Assembly: GCA_021414115.1 (NCBI GenBank)
Contig: JAIOPD010000004.1
Location: 4,982-68,981, forward strand
Direction: 5' to 3'
DNA length: 64,000 nucleotides
Source of the DNA: Planctomycetia bacterium
Lineage (GTDB): Bacteria; Planctomycetota; Planctomycetia; Pirellulales; UBA1268
The notes under the pieces were generated by a model that was not told the DNA's origin, searched no databases, and saw only the letters and a list, made by a program, of their open reading frames with translations. Positions 10,523 through 19,903 of this stretch are shown here, piece after piece. Numbering within the stretch: position 1 is the first letter of the stretch; each line of letters starts with the position of its first letter. The position numbers and the translations under genes were made by a program.

Positions 10523-11529
10523 TCGGCCACCGCCTTTCCCTGGCCAGGTCGTGGTGCGGGCAGATTCATCAGCGGCAGAAACTGCTTGGCATCCTCGTCG
10601 AGGATGATCTTGCCGCCGAGTTTCGGGATCACCTCGGCCATCGTCTCCAGATACAGCCGCTGTCGCGTCACCGCGGGGGCCTTCTCGTACTGTTCGAGGA
10701 GAGCCTTGAACCGGGCCACGTCTCCCTCCGCCTCGTTCACCCGCTTGAGGGCATAGCCTTCGGATTCGCGGAGCTTCCGCTCGGCCTCGCCGCTGGCCCG
10801 GGGGACGACCTTGTTGTATTCCCCGTTGGCCTGGTTGATCATCTGCTCGCGTTCCTGCTGAGCACGGTTGACCTCGTCGAAGGACCGCTGCACCGCCGTG
10901 GGCGGATGGACGTTCTTGAGCTGCACCTGCTGCACCCGCAGACCCATCTCCAACTCCTGGACGAGCCCCGTGAGCTTGGCGATGGCGTCGGTCTCGATGC
11001 CCTGGCGTCCGATCGTGAGCACCTCGTCGACCGTGCGGTCGCCCACCACCTCCCGCATCACGCTCTCGGCGAGGTCGCGGAGCGTGGGGCCAGGCTCACG
11101 CATGTTGAAGAGATAGGCCTCGGGATCGGCGATCTCGTATTGCACCACCCACTCCACGTGCGCGGCGTTGAGATCGCCCGTCACCATGTCGCTCTCCCGC
11201 GACTGCTCGACCGACACTTGATCGGGATTCGAGGCCCCGGACGAGCCGAAACCGAACTCCATCTTGAGTTGTCGCTTCACCGGTAGGATCGTGACCGTGT
11301 CGATCCCGAACGGAACCTTGAACCGCAGGCCCGGACCGACCGTGCCCACGAACTTTCCGAACCGCTGGACGACGCCCACGCTCTCGGGGCCCACCGTATA
11401 GACGCCGCGGGCGAGGCCCGCGACGACGAGGGCCAGGATCGCGAGCGCCGCGGGGCCGCGGAAGTCGAAGCCGCCAGCGGGAAAGCCGCTGGGACGGCCG
11501 CCGAAGACGGGGTGACGGTTTTCAGCCAT
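10519..11529 (-). CDS. hflK: Protease modulator HflK (SPFH domain)
   Basis: Likely start MAENRH at 11529. Motifs GVVQRFGK, PGLRFKVPFGID, MVTGDLN, AEGDVARF, APAVTRQRLYLETM. Confidence 0.92.
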   Translation of the reverse strand: MAENRHPVFGGRPSGFPAGGFDFRGPAALAILALVVAGLARGVYTVGPESVGVVQRFGKFVGTVGPGLRFKVPFGIDTVTILPVKRQLKMEFGFGSSGASNPDQVSVEQSRESDMVTGDLNAAHVEWVVQYEIADPEAYLFNMREPGPTLRDLAESVMREVVGDRTVDEVLTIGRQGIETDAIAKLTGLVQELEMGLRVQQVQLKNVHPPTAVQRSFDEVNRAQQEREQMINQANGEYNKVVPRASGEAERKLRESEGYALKRVNEAEGDVARFKALLEQYEKAPAVTRQRLYLETMAEVIPKLGGKIILDEDAKQFLPLMNLPAPRPGQGKAVAE

Positions 11530-11771
11530 CGGGAATGAAGACCTCTTGGGGGCAGGGACAGGGTGGAAGATGTCAGTCTTACCCTCGCTGGGGGCATGAG
11601 TCGAATCGCGGCGACTCAAAACGTCTGGCCTCCCGGCGCACACTGAGTACTCTATAGAGTGTCTGATTCCCGCTGATCGGTCGCGTTTGCAGACCCGCGT
11701 GCAGATTGTCCCGGTTGCCGGGTGATGCACGGCGATGCGGGTGTTTCCCAGAAACCTCTCGAAGGTGGACG

Positions 11772-14700
11772 ATGAAACACTGCGCCAAGGATGCGGCACG
11801 GGTTCGTGGCCCGGATTCCGGGCGTTCCGGGAGAGCCGCCTGGGCGGTGTCCGTGGTGGTCGCCTTCGCGGCGTCCACGGTCGGCGCCAGCCCTGACTTT
11901 GCCCGCGAGGTGCGGCCGATCCTCTCCAATCGCTGTTTCAAGTGCCACGGCCCCGATGCCGACCGCCAGGAGGCGGGTCTGCGGCTCGACATGCGGGAAG
12001 CGGCGACCGCTGAACTCGACAGCGGCACGCGGGCGATCGTCCCCGGCCATCCCGACGACAGTGAGATCGTCGCCCGCATCACGAGCACCGACCCCGATCT
12101 CGTGATGCCGCCTCCGCACACGAAGGTGTCGCTCACCGAGGATGAAAAACGGATCCTCACCGACTGGATCGCGGCGGGAGCCGAGTACAAAGACCACTGG
12201 GCATTCGTGAAGCCGACGAAGCCCTCCCCGCCCGCTACCGCGAACGCGACGTGGCCACGGAACGAGATCGATCGTTTCGTCCTCGCGCGGTTGGAGCAGG
12301 AGGGGATCGCCCCTGCGCCCGAGGCCGACAAGGCGACACTCTGCCGCCGGGTCTTCCTCGACCTTACGGGTCTGCCGCCGTCGCCGGCCGAACTCGACGC
12401 CTTCCTCGCCGACACATCGCCCGAAGCCTACGAGAAGCTCATCGACTGCCTGCTCGCCAGCCCGCGCTACGGCGAACGCTGGGCCCGCCGCTGGCTCGAT
12501 TTGGCTCGCTATGCCGACACCAACGGCTATGAAAAGGACCGTGAGCGATCGATGTGGCCCTGGCGCGACTGGGTAATCCGGGCCCTCAACGCCGACATGC
12601 CGTTCGATCAGTTCACGATCAGGCAGATCGCCGGCGACCTTCTCCCCGGAGCCACGACCGACGACATCATCGCGACCGGATTCCATCGCAACACGATGAT
12701 CAACGAGGAGGGGGGCATCGACCCGCTCGAGTTTCGATATCTGGCAATGGTCGATCGTGTGGGCACGACGGGCGCGACCTGGCTCGGGCTCACCACGGCC
12801 TGCGCCCAATGCCACACGCACAAGTTCGACCCGATCCTCCACACCGACTACTTCGGGCTGATGGCGCTGCTCAACAACGCCGACGAGCCGGAGTGGACAA
12901 TCCCGAGTCCGGAGCAGGCCCGGCGGCAGGCCGAGATCGTCCGGCGGATCGACGAGGCCTGGAAAAACCTGCCCGACAAATGGCCGGCGCCACGGGTTGC
13001 TCCTGCCGAACAGGTGGCCGGCTCGGGGGAGCCTGCTCCGTCGCCCGACGACACGCCGCGGGCTGCGGCCGACATGGCGGCCCGGTTCGCCACCTGGAAT
13101 CGCGACGAGACGCAGCGGGCGGTTGACTGGCGGATCTCGCGGCCCACCACCATGACCACGAACCTTCCGCACCTCGTGTTGCGCGACGACAGCACGGTGC
13201 TCGTCAGCGGCGACATCACCAAGAGCGACGTCTATGAACTCACGCTGCCGCTGTCCGCCACGCCGGTGCGGGCCGTGCGGCTCGAAGCGCTGCCCGACGC
13301 GAGTCTGCCGGGCCACGGTCCAGGTCTGACGGCCTATGAGGGACCAAAGGGCGATTTTTTCCTGTCGGAATTCGAGGTCACGGCGAACGGACACCGACTC
13401 GCGATCGCGAAGGCCACCGACTCCTTCCATGGCAAGGCGGCACACAGCACGTCGGAAAGCACCGCCGCCAAGGCCATCGACGGCGACATGTCGAGCGGGT
13501 GGAGCACCAACGGCGAGCAAGGCCGGGCTCACGCGGCGGTCTTTCAGTTTGCCGAGCCAGTGCCGGCGGGCGTGCCGCTGGTCGTGACGCTCCGCTGTGA
13601 GCGGCATTTCGCCTGTGGACTCGGATGTTTTCGGCTCGCGGTGACCGACAGCGATGCGGCGGAGGCGCGTGGCCGCACCGCCGACGTGGAAGCCGTGCTC
13701 GTGAAGCCTCCGGAGACCCGCACGTCTGCAGAGTCACGGCTCGTGGAACGCAGCTTTCTCGAGGCCATGCCGGAGCTGGCCGAACCGTTGAAGGCGATCC
13801 GCACACTGGAGGCCGATCTCCGTGGTGGCACCAAGACACTCGTGCTGCGGGAGCGGCCCGCCGACAATCCACGCAAGACCTTCCGGCACCATCGCGGTGA
13901 GTTCACGCAGCCCAAGGAGGAGGTCGCGCCGGCCACCCCCGCGTTTCTGCCGCAGTTGCCCGGAGATGCGCCTGCCGACCGGCTGGCGCTTGCACGCTGG
14001 CTCGTCTCGTCCGACAACCCGCTGACGGCTCGCGTCACCGTGAATCGCCACTGGCAGGCGTTCTTGGGCCGCGGCATCGTGCCGTCGCTCGAGGACTTCG
14101 GCTACCAGAGCGAGCCACCGTCGCACCCGCAGCTGCTCGACTGGCTCGCCGCCACGTTCATGCACGACCTGGGCTGGTCGGTGAAAAAACTCCAGCGGCT
14201 GATCGTCACCAGTGCCACGTATCGGCAGACCTCGATGGCCCCGCCGCAGCTCCTGGAACGCGATCCGCAGAACGTGCTCCTGGCCCGCGGACCGCGGGTG
14301 CGGCTCGAGGCCGAGGTCATCCGCGACTCGATGCTCAAGGCGGCGGGGATCCTCTCGGAGAAAATGAATGGTCCCGGTGTTCGTCCGCCGCAGCCGGAAG
14401 GGGTGACGGAGGTGGCCTACGGGAATCCGAAGTGGAGTCCCAGCGGCGGGGAGGACCGCTATCGCCGAAGCATCTATACGTTTCAAAAACGGACGGCCCC
14501 GTTTGCGATGACGACCACCTTCGACGGACCCACGGGCGAGGCCTGCGTGCCGCGACGAGAGGTTTCCAACTCGGCGTTGCAGGCGCTGACCCTCCTCAAC
14601 GATCCGATGTTCGTGGAGGTGGCCCAGGCCATGGGCCGCGCCGTGATGACGGCCGGCCCCGACGACGCGTCACGGCTCCGCGACCTCGCCCGACGGGTGC

Positions 14701-14897
14701 TCTCGCGGGAATTCGATGCCGATGAAGTCGCCACCATGAACCTCTATCTCGCGGCGCAGCGGCAGCGGCTGGCGGCTGGCGAACTCGACGCCCGGCCCCT
14801 CGCCGGCGGCGAGGAGGCCGATGCGGCCGAACGTGCAGCCTGGATGCTCGCCGCCCGCGCCGTCATGAATCTCGATGAGTCGATCGTCAAGAAGTAG
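11772..14897 (+). CDS. Planctomycete cytochrome c / DUF1549 (PSCyt2) / DUF1553 (PSD1) domain protein
   Basis: Motifs DFAREVRPILSNRCFKCHG (CxxCH), NEIDRFV..RRVFLDLTGLPP, YGERWARRWLDLARYAD, CAQCHTHKFDP, NPLTARVTVNR, PSHPQLLDWLA, QALTLLND. Start position approximate. Confidence 0.92.
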   Translation: MKHCAKDAARVRGPDSGRSGRAAWAVSVVVAFAASTVGASPDFAREVRPILSNRCFKCHGPDADRQEAGLRLDMREAATAELDSGTRAIVPGHPDDSEIVARITSTDPDLVMPPPHTKVSLTEDEKRILTDWIAAGAEYKDHWAFVKPTKPSPPATANATWPRNEIDRFVLARLEQEGIAPAPEADKATLCRRVFLDLTGLPPSPAELDAFLADTSPEAYEKLIDCLLASPRYGERWARRWLDLARYADTNGYEKDRERSMWPWRDWVIRALNADMPFDQFTIRQIAGDLLPGATTDDIIATGFHRNTMINEEGGIDPLEFRYLAMVDRVGTTGATWLGLTTACAQCHTHKFDPILHTDYFGLMALLNNADEPEWTIPSPEQARRQAEIVRRIDEAWKNLPDKWPAPRVAPAEQVAGSGEPAPSPDDTPRAAADMAARFATWNRDETQRAVDWRISRPTTMTTNLPHLVLRDDSTVLVSGDITKSDVYELTLPLSATPVRAVRLEALPDASLPGHGPGLTAYEGPKGDFFLSEFEVTANGHRLAIAKATDSFHGKAAHSTSESTAAKAIDGDMSSGWSTNGEQGRAHAAVFQFAEPVPAGVPLVVTLRCERHFACGLGCFRLAVTDSDAAEARGRTADVEAVLVKPPETRTSAESRLVERSFLEAMPELAEPLKAIRTLEADLRGGTKTLVLRERPADNPRKTFRHHRGEFTQPKEEVAPATPAFLPQLPGDAPADRLALARWLVSSDNPLTARVTVNRHWQAFLGRGIVPSLEDFGYQSEPPSHPQLLDWLAATFMHDLGWSVKKLQRLIVTSATYRQTSMAPPQLLERDPQNVLLARGPRVRLEAEVIRDSMLKAAGILSEKMNGPGVRPPQPEGVTEVAYGNPKWSPSGGEDRYRRSIYTFQKRTAPFAMTTTFDGPTGEACVPRREVSNSALQALTLLNDPMFVEVAQAMGRAVMTAGPDDASRLRDLARRVLSREFDADEVATMNLYLAAQRQRLAAGELDARPLAGGEEADAAERAAWMLAARAVMNLDESIVKK

Positions 14898-14906
14898 GAA
14901 GCCATC

Positions 14907-16337
14907 ATGCACCCCATGCTCGGCATCACGCGTCGCCACTTTTTCCAGGACTGCGGCATCGGCGTCGGCAAGATCGCCCTGGCGGGACTGCTCGCCGAGT
15001 CGCTACCGGCCGCCGCTCGCGCCGCGGCCGCGATACCCTCGCCGTTGAGCCCGAAGCCGGCGCATTTTCCCGGGCGGGCGAAGGCAGTCATTCAGCTCTT
15101 CATGGCCGGTGCGCCCAGCCAGCTCGACATGTTCGACTACAAACCGAAACTCGCGGCGATGGAAGGCAAGCCGATCCCTCCCGAGGTGATCGGCGGCCAG
15201 CGCTACGCGTTCATCCGCCCGGATGCCGCGGTGCTGGGGCCGCAATACAAATTCGCGAAGCATGGCCAGAGCGGGGCCGAGCTCTCCGAGGCACTGCCAC
15301 ACCTCGCGAAGGTGGTTGACGACATCGCGATCGTGAAGAGCTGCCGCACCGACCAGTTCAACCACGCCCCGGCGCAGATCTTCATGAACTGCGGCTTCGC
15401 CCAGCCGGGCCGACCGAGCATCGGCTCATGGGTGACCTATGGAATCGGCAGCGAGGGCCGCGACCTGCCGGCTTTCATCGTGATGAGCACGGGTTCAGGA
15501 ATCAGCGGCGGCGCGGCCAACTGGTCGAGTGGCTTCCTCCCGAGCATCCACACCGGCACGCGGTTTCGTAACGCCGGCTCACCAATCCTCAACGTCGATT
15601 CGCCGGAGGGGGCCGACATGCGGCTGGCCGCCGACACGCTCGACGTGGTCGCGGCCCTCAACCGCCGCCGGCTATCGCTCGATGGAGATCCGGAGATCGC
15701 CACACGGATCGCGAGCTACGAGATGGCGCATCGGCTCCAGACGTCGGCCCCGGAACTGATGAACCTGGCTGACGAGACGCCCGAGACACTCGCGCTGTAT
15801 GGCTGCAAGCCGGACGAGGCGAGTTTCGCGCGGGCCTGCCTGATCGCCCGCCGTCTGGTGGAGCGAGGGGTGCGGTTCGTGACGATCTATCACGAGGGCT
15901 GGGATGGCCACAGCGACGTGGCGGGCAACGTCAGGAACAACTGCGGGAAGACCGACCAGGCCAGCGCCGCGCTCGTGGCCGACCTCAAGCGCCACGGCAT
16001 GCTCGACAGCACGCTCGTCGTCTGGGGGGGTGAGTTTGGGCGGACGCCGATGGTGGAGGCGAGCGCCGTGCTGCAGCGATCCAAGGGACGTGACCACCAT
16101 CCCAACGCATTCACCATGTGGCTTGCTGGCGGCGGCATCCGGGGCGGTGTCACCTATGGCGAAACCGACGAGCTTGGTTTTCACATCGCCCGCGACGAGG
16201 TCCACGTGCACGACCTGCAGGCCACGATCATGCATTGTCTGGGCCTCGACCACGAGCGGCTCACCTACCGCTACCAGGGACGGGATTTCCGGCTGACCGA
16301 CGTGCATGGCCACGTGGTCACAGGGATCCTCGCCTGA
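14907..16337 (+). CDS. DUF1501 family protein with Tat-like signal
   Basis: TRRHFF twin-arginine motif, AKAVIQLFMAGAPSQLDMFDYKP, ARRLVERGVRFV, WGGEFGRTP, GRDHHP, FRLTDVHG. Directly follows the PSD1 gene, a typical planctomycete pairing. Confidence 0.92.
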   Translation: MHPMLGITRRHFFQDCGIGVGKIALAGLLAESLPAAARAAAAIPSPLSPKPAHFPGRAKAVIQLFMAGAPSQLDMFDYKPKLAAMEGKPIPPEVIGGQRYAFIRPDAAVLGPQYKFAKHGQSGAELSEALPHLAKVVDDIAIVKSCRTDQFNHAPAQIFMNCGFAQPGRPSIGSWVTYGIGSEGRDLPAFIVMSTGSGISGGAANWSSGFLPSIHTGTRFRNAGSPILNVDSPEGADMRLAADTLDVVAALNRRRLSLDGDPEIATRIASYEMAHRLQTSAPELMNLADETPETLALYGCKPDEASFARACLIARRLVERGVRFVTIYHEGWDGHSDVAGNVRNNCGKTDQASAALVADLKRHGMLDSTLVVWGGEFGRTPMVEASAVLQRSKGRDHHPNAFTMWLAGGGIRGGVTYGETDELGFHIARDEVHVHDLQATIMHCLGLDHERLTYRYQGRDFRLTDVHGHVVTGILA

Positions 16338-16419
16338 GTAAGATAGGCGTCTGGCCTGGTGGGCTCGGCCATGCCTCGCCCGAACAGAGTCCGAGATCCT
16401 CCCCGCTTTGGAGACCCGA

Positions 16420-17439
16420 ATGCGCACGCTGCTCTTGTCGCTCGTCCTGCTCGTGATCGCTGGTCCGGCCCCGGCCGCCGATCCGTGGCTCGTTTTTGAA
16501 GGGGGCGACGGCCTCGGTAAGGGCAAGCACGTCGTGCTGGTGAGCGGCGACGAGGAGTACCGCAGCGAGGAGGCGCTCACGCAACTCGCCAAGATTCTGG
16601 CCACGCGTCACGGGTTCACCTGCACCGTGCTCTACGCGATCGATCCGGCGACCGGCGAGATCAGCCCCAACAAGGGGGACAACATCCCGGGCCTCGAGGC
16701 CCTGCGGAAGGCCGACCTGATGGTGATCGCCACCCGGTTTCGCAACCTGCCCGACGAGCAGATGAAAGATGTCGACGACTATCTGCGGGCCGGCAAGCCC
16801 GTGATCGGCCTGCGGACGGCGACGCACGGCTTCAATATTCCCAAAGACAGGGCGTATGCCCACTATGGCAACGGCTACGGAGGCGAGAAGAAGGAATGGG
16901 CCGACGGCTTCGGTCGGGCCGTGCTCGGTGAAAAGTGGATCAGCCACCACGGCCACCATGGCCACGAGAGCACTCGCGGTCTGATCGCTCCCGGCGCGAA
17001 GGAGCATCCGATTCTTCGCGGCATCGCCGACGGCGACATCTGGGGGCCGACCGACGTCTACGGCGTGCGGCTGCCGCTCCCCGGCGACGCGCAGCCGCTC
17101 GTTCTCGGGCAGGTGCTCGAGGGCATGAAGCCCGACTCGCCAGTGGTGGAAGGGGCCGACGCCAAGAAGAACGATCCCATGATGCCGGTGGCGTGGGTGA
17201 AAACGTATGCCGTCGAGGGAGGTCCGAGCGGTCGCGTCTTCACCACCACGATGGGGGCGGCCACCGACCTGGCTTCGGAGGGCATGCGGCGGCTCCTGGT
17301 CAACGCCTGCTACTGGGCTACGGGGCTCGAGGAGAAGATTCCGGAGAAAACGGTCGTTGACGTCGTGGGGACGTTCGAGCCGACGGCATTCGGATTCAAC
17401 GGTGCCAAAAAAGGACTGAAGCCTGCCGACCTGCGGTGA
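16420..17439 (+). CDS. ThuA-like (class I glutamine amidotransferase-like) secreted protein
   Basis: Signal peptide. Motifs VLVSGDEEYRSEE, GKPVIGLRTATHGF, HPILRG, PVAW, RVFTTTMG, NACYWA. Confidence 0.8.
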   Translation: MRTLLLSLVLLVIAGPAPAADPWLVFEGGDGLGKGKHVVLVSGDEEYRSEEALTQLAKILATRHGFTCTVLYAIDPATGEISPNKGDNIPGLEALRKADLMVIATRFRNLPDEQMKDVDDYLRAGKPVIGLRTATHGFNIPKDRAYAHYGNGYGGEKKEWADGFGRAVLGEKWISHHGHHGHESTRGLIAPGAKEHPILRGIADGDIWGPTDVYGVRLPLPGDAQPLVLGQVLEGMKPDSPVVEGADAKKNDPMMPVAWVKTYAVEGGPSGRVFTTTMGAATDLASEGMRRLLVNACYWATGLEEKIPEKTVVDVVGTFEPTAFGFNGAKKGLKPADLR

Positions 17440-17469
17440 TCGAACCATCCTGTCGCCTGGAGACCAGCC

Positions 17470-18453
17470 ATGCTCGCCCCGCCCCAGGGTGATCGTAGTG
17501 ACGACCGGCTCACCGAGTTGGCCCGTTACCACGATTATCGCTACGCCTCCAACCCGCTCTCCGACGGCACGCTCGCCGGTGTGCCCGCCGCTCGCTGGGG
17601 TGCCGAGTTGCACGAGCGCGGCCCGACGCGGACGCTGCCGCTCGATTCGAGCGTGACGCTCGGCGTGGTCGGGCCGGCCACCACACCGAGCCTCTGCGCC
17701 AACTTTGTCCACATCGGCCCCGGCGAAGCCCATGTCACCGACGCCAATGCGACGAGCCAACTCTTCTTCGTGATGCGGGGGGCCGGATCGACGCGGCTCG
17801 GTGACGGCACGGAGTATGCGTGGCATGCCGGTGACCTGTTCACGCTGCCCGCCGGCAGTCGGGCGCTGCATGCGGCCGCCGAGGACGCGGCCCTCTACTG
17901 GGTGCATGACGGACCGCTGCTGCGGTATCTCGGCGTCGAGGCCCGCGAGCCGCAGTTCCCGCCGACAATCTATCGTCGGGCGGAGATCATGGAGGCGCTT
18001 GAGACGATCGTCCGCGATCCCTCCAGTGCGACGGCGAATCGCCTCAGCGTGCTGCTCGGCAGCCGGCTGTTTCCCCAGACAATGACGATCACGCACGTCA
18101 TGTGGGCGATGTTCGGCCTCCTGCCGGTGGGTGCCGTCCAGGCTCCCCACCGCCACCAGTCCGTCGCGGTCGATCTCGTCGTCGATGCGAAGCCGGGCTG
18201 CTACACGATGGTCGGCAGGTCGCTCGACAAGGAGGGCCGTGTCGCGGACGGCCAGCGATTCGACTGGCAGCCCCACTCCGTGTTCGTGACGCCCCCGGGG
18301 CTCTGGCACTCCCACCACAACGAGTCGGGCTTCCCGGCCCACATCCTCCCGATCCAGGACGCCGGCCTGCACACGTATCTCCGGACGCTCGACATCCGCT
18401 TCAGCCGTGCGAACCAAGGCGGGGGCAGCGACGTCACGGAACATGCCGGCTGA
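17470..18453 (+). CDS. Bicupin protein, gentisate 1,2-dioxygenase-like
   Basis: Two cupin modules (W..GDLFTLP; APHRHQS..FVTPPGLWHSHHN) and PIQDAGL. Confidence 0.75.
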   Translation: MLAPPQGDRSDDRLTELARYHDYRYASNPLSDGTLAGVPAARWGAELHERGPTRTLPLDSSVTLGVVGPATTPSLCANFVHIGPGEAHVTDANATSQLFFVMRGAGSTRLGDGTEYAWHAGDLFTLPAGSRALHAAAEDAALYWVHDGPLLRYLGVEAREPQFPPTIYRRAEIMEALETIVRDPSSATANRLSVLLGSRLFPQTMTITHVMWAMFGLLPVGAVQAPHRHQSVAVDLVVDAKPGCYTMVGRSLDKEGRVADGQRFDWQPHSVFVTPPGLWHSHHNESGFPAHILPIQDAGLHTYLRTLDIRFSRANQGGGSDVTEHAG

Positions 18454-18468
18454 AGACCGGCCGCCGCG

Positions 18469-19764
18469 CTACCAGCGGCCTTCGAGACCCAGGCTCACAC
18501 CCTGCACGAGCGTGCTGCCGTTGGCGTTGATCGAGCCCGTGGTCGGAGCGACGCCGCCGGCAGGCTGCGTGAGGACCTGACTGCTGAGCTGCTGCGTCGG
18601 CTGCACGAGGCCGGAGAGCCAAAGGCCGAAGTATCCGAAGCGGAAGTCGAGGCAGCTCGTGATCGGCACGACTCCGGTGAAGCCCAGCTCGCCCACGAAT
18701 GCACAGCCCACGGGAGACTGGTTGATCGTCACACCCTGGGAGACGAACGAGCCTGTCGCGTTCGACTGGGAGAGCGAACTCTGAACGCCGTTGTTGTAGT
18801 AGGCCCCCGCCTTGATCAGCGAATCGATTCGCATCCAGGGGAGCGTGAGGAGCAGGGCATCGAGGCCGATCTGGCCGCCGTAGAGGCTGTTGATGGAACT
18901 CGTGTTGTAATAGTCGGTCTGGGAGGGAATCACGCCATTGGCCGTGGTCGTGAGCGAGAAGTCTTCCTGCCACTCGACCCAGCGAAATCCGCCAAGAAAC
19001 CTCAGGTGCTCGCTCAGGCCCCAGTGCCGATTGAGTTCGTAACTCTGAAGAGACGCCCCGAGATTCGCATTCCCGACGTCGAAGTTTCCGGTGCCGGCGT
19101 TGCCGTAGATGCCGGGAGGGGCGAGTGCGTAGGCATCGCTCTGAGCGGAGAGCGGCCGCTGGCTCCGCCAGTTGGCGGCCCGCAGATAGGTGCTCTCCCA
19201 GCCGGTGCCATTGCAGGTATTGAAGCGGTACAGCGAGAACCGCGGCCCGGCGGCAGCCTCGCTGTCCATCCCGTTGGCGTTGAGAATCGGTCGGCCCGCC
19301 AGTCCGGTGTTGACCAGCGGCCGTGCCGGCGGTGCGTTTCGCCACAGGATGAGGGCGTCGGTGCGGGCGATCCAGCAGGCATTGCCCTTGTCGTGGAGCC
19401 CGCAGAACGGGTTTTGCGGAGCGCAACATCCAGTTGGATAGGCACCATCCACGCACGACAGGCAATCGACTGTGCATCCCTCGGCACCGCAGCCCTGCTG
19501 TCCGTATGGTGTGACTGCATACGCAGTGTCGTCGGCGGTCGTTACTCCTGCTTCGGCCGGCGCGACTTCCGAAAAGTCATGGGAGTCCACCAGCACCGAG
19601 TTGGGTGGATCGACATCCCAGGCGTCCTGCGCCAGGGTGAAGGTTCCAAAAGCGCTGGCGACGAGCGTCAGCAGGAGTCTGACGGTCAGTGAGGGGCTGG
19701 CGAACGTACCGTACATGCTGCCTTGTACCGCCATGGATGCTGTCTCCGTGAAAAAGTCCTGCAT
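18469..19764 (-). CDS. Putative outer-membrane beta-barrel protein (BBP7-like) with Cys-rich N-terminal segment
   Basis: Signal-like hydrophobic stretch, alternating beta-strand pattern (NSLYGGQIG, AFVGELG, FRFGY..LW) and C-terminal GVSLGLEGRW ending in an aromatic residue. Start codon uncertain. Confidence 0.65.
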   Translation of the reverse strand: MQDFFTETASMAVQGSMYGTFASPSLTVRLLLTLVASAFGTFTLAQDAWDVDPPNSVLVDSHDFSEVAPAEAGVTTADDTAYAVTPYGQQGCGAEGCTVDCLSCVDGAYPTGCCAPQNPFCGLHDKGNACWIARTDALILWRNAPPARPLVNTGLAGRPILNANGMDSEAAAGPRFSLYRFNTCNGTGWESTYLRAANWRSQRPLSAQSDAYALAPPGIYGNAGTGNFDVGNANLGASLQSYELNRHWGLSEHLRFLGGFRWVEWQEDFSLTTTANGVIPSQTDYYNTSSINSLYGGQIGLDALLLTLPWMRIDSLIKAGAYYNNGVQSSLSQSNATGSFVSQGVTINQSPVGCAFVGELGFTGVVPITSCLDFRFGYFGLWLSGLVQPTQQLSSQVLTQPAGGVAPTTGSINANGSTLVQGVSLGLEGRW

Positions 19765-19903
19765 GTCGGGTGGAATCGGTCGTGCCGGTCATTCCGCCGC
19801 ATGTAGCCGTTCATGCTTCCTGTCACGTGGGCTGGGCTGACCTTGCGGGCGATCCCCGGTCTGCCACCCTTCGCTACCCGACCCAGATTGCGGGCAACGG
19901 CGG

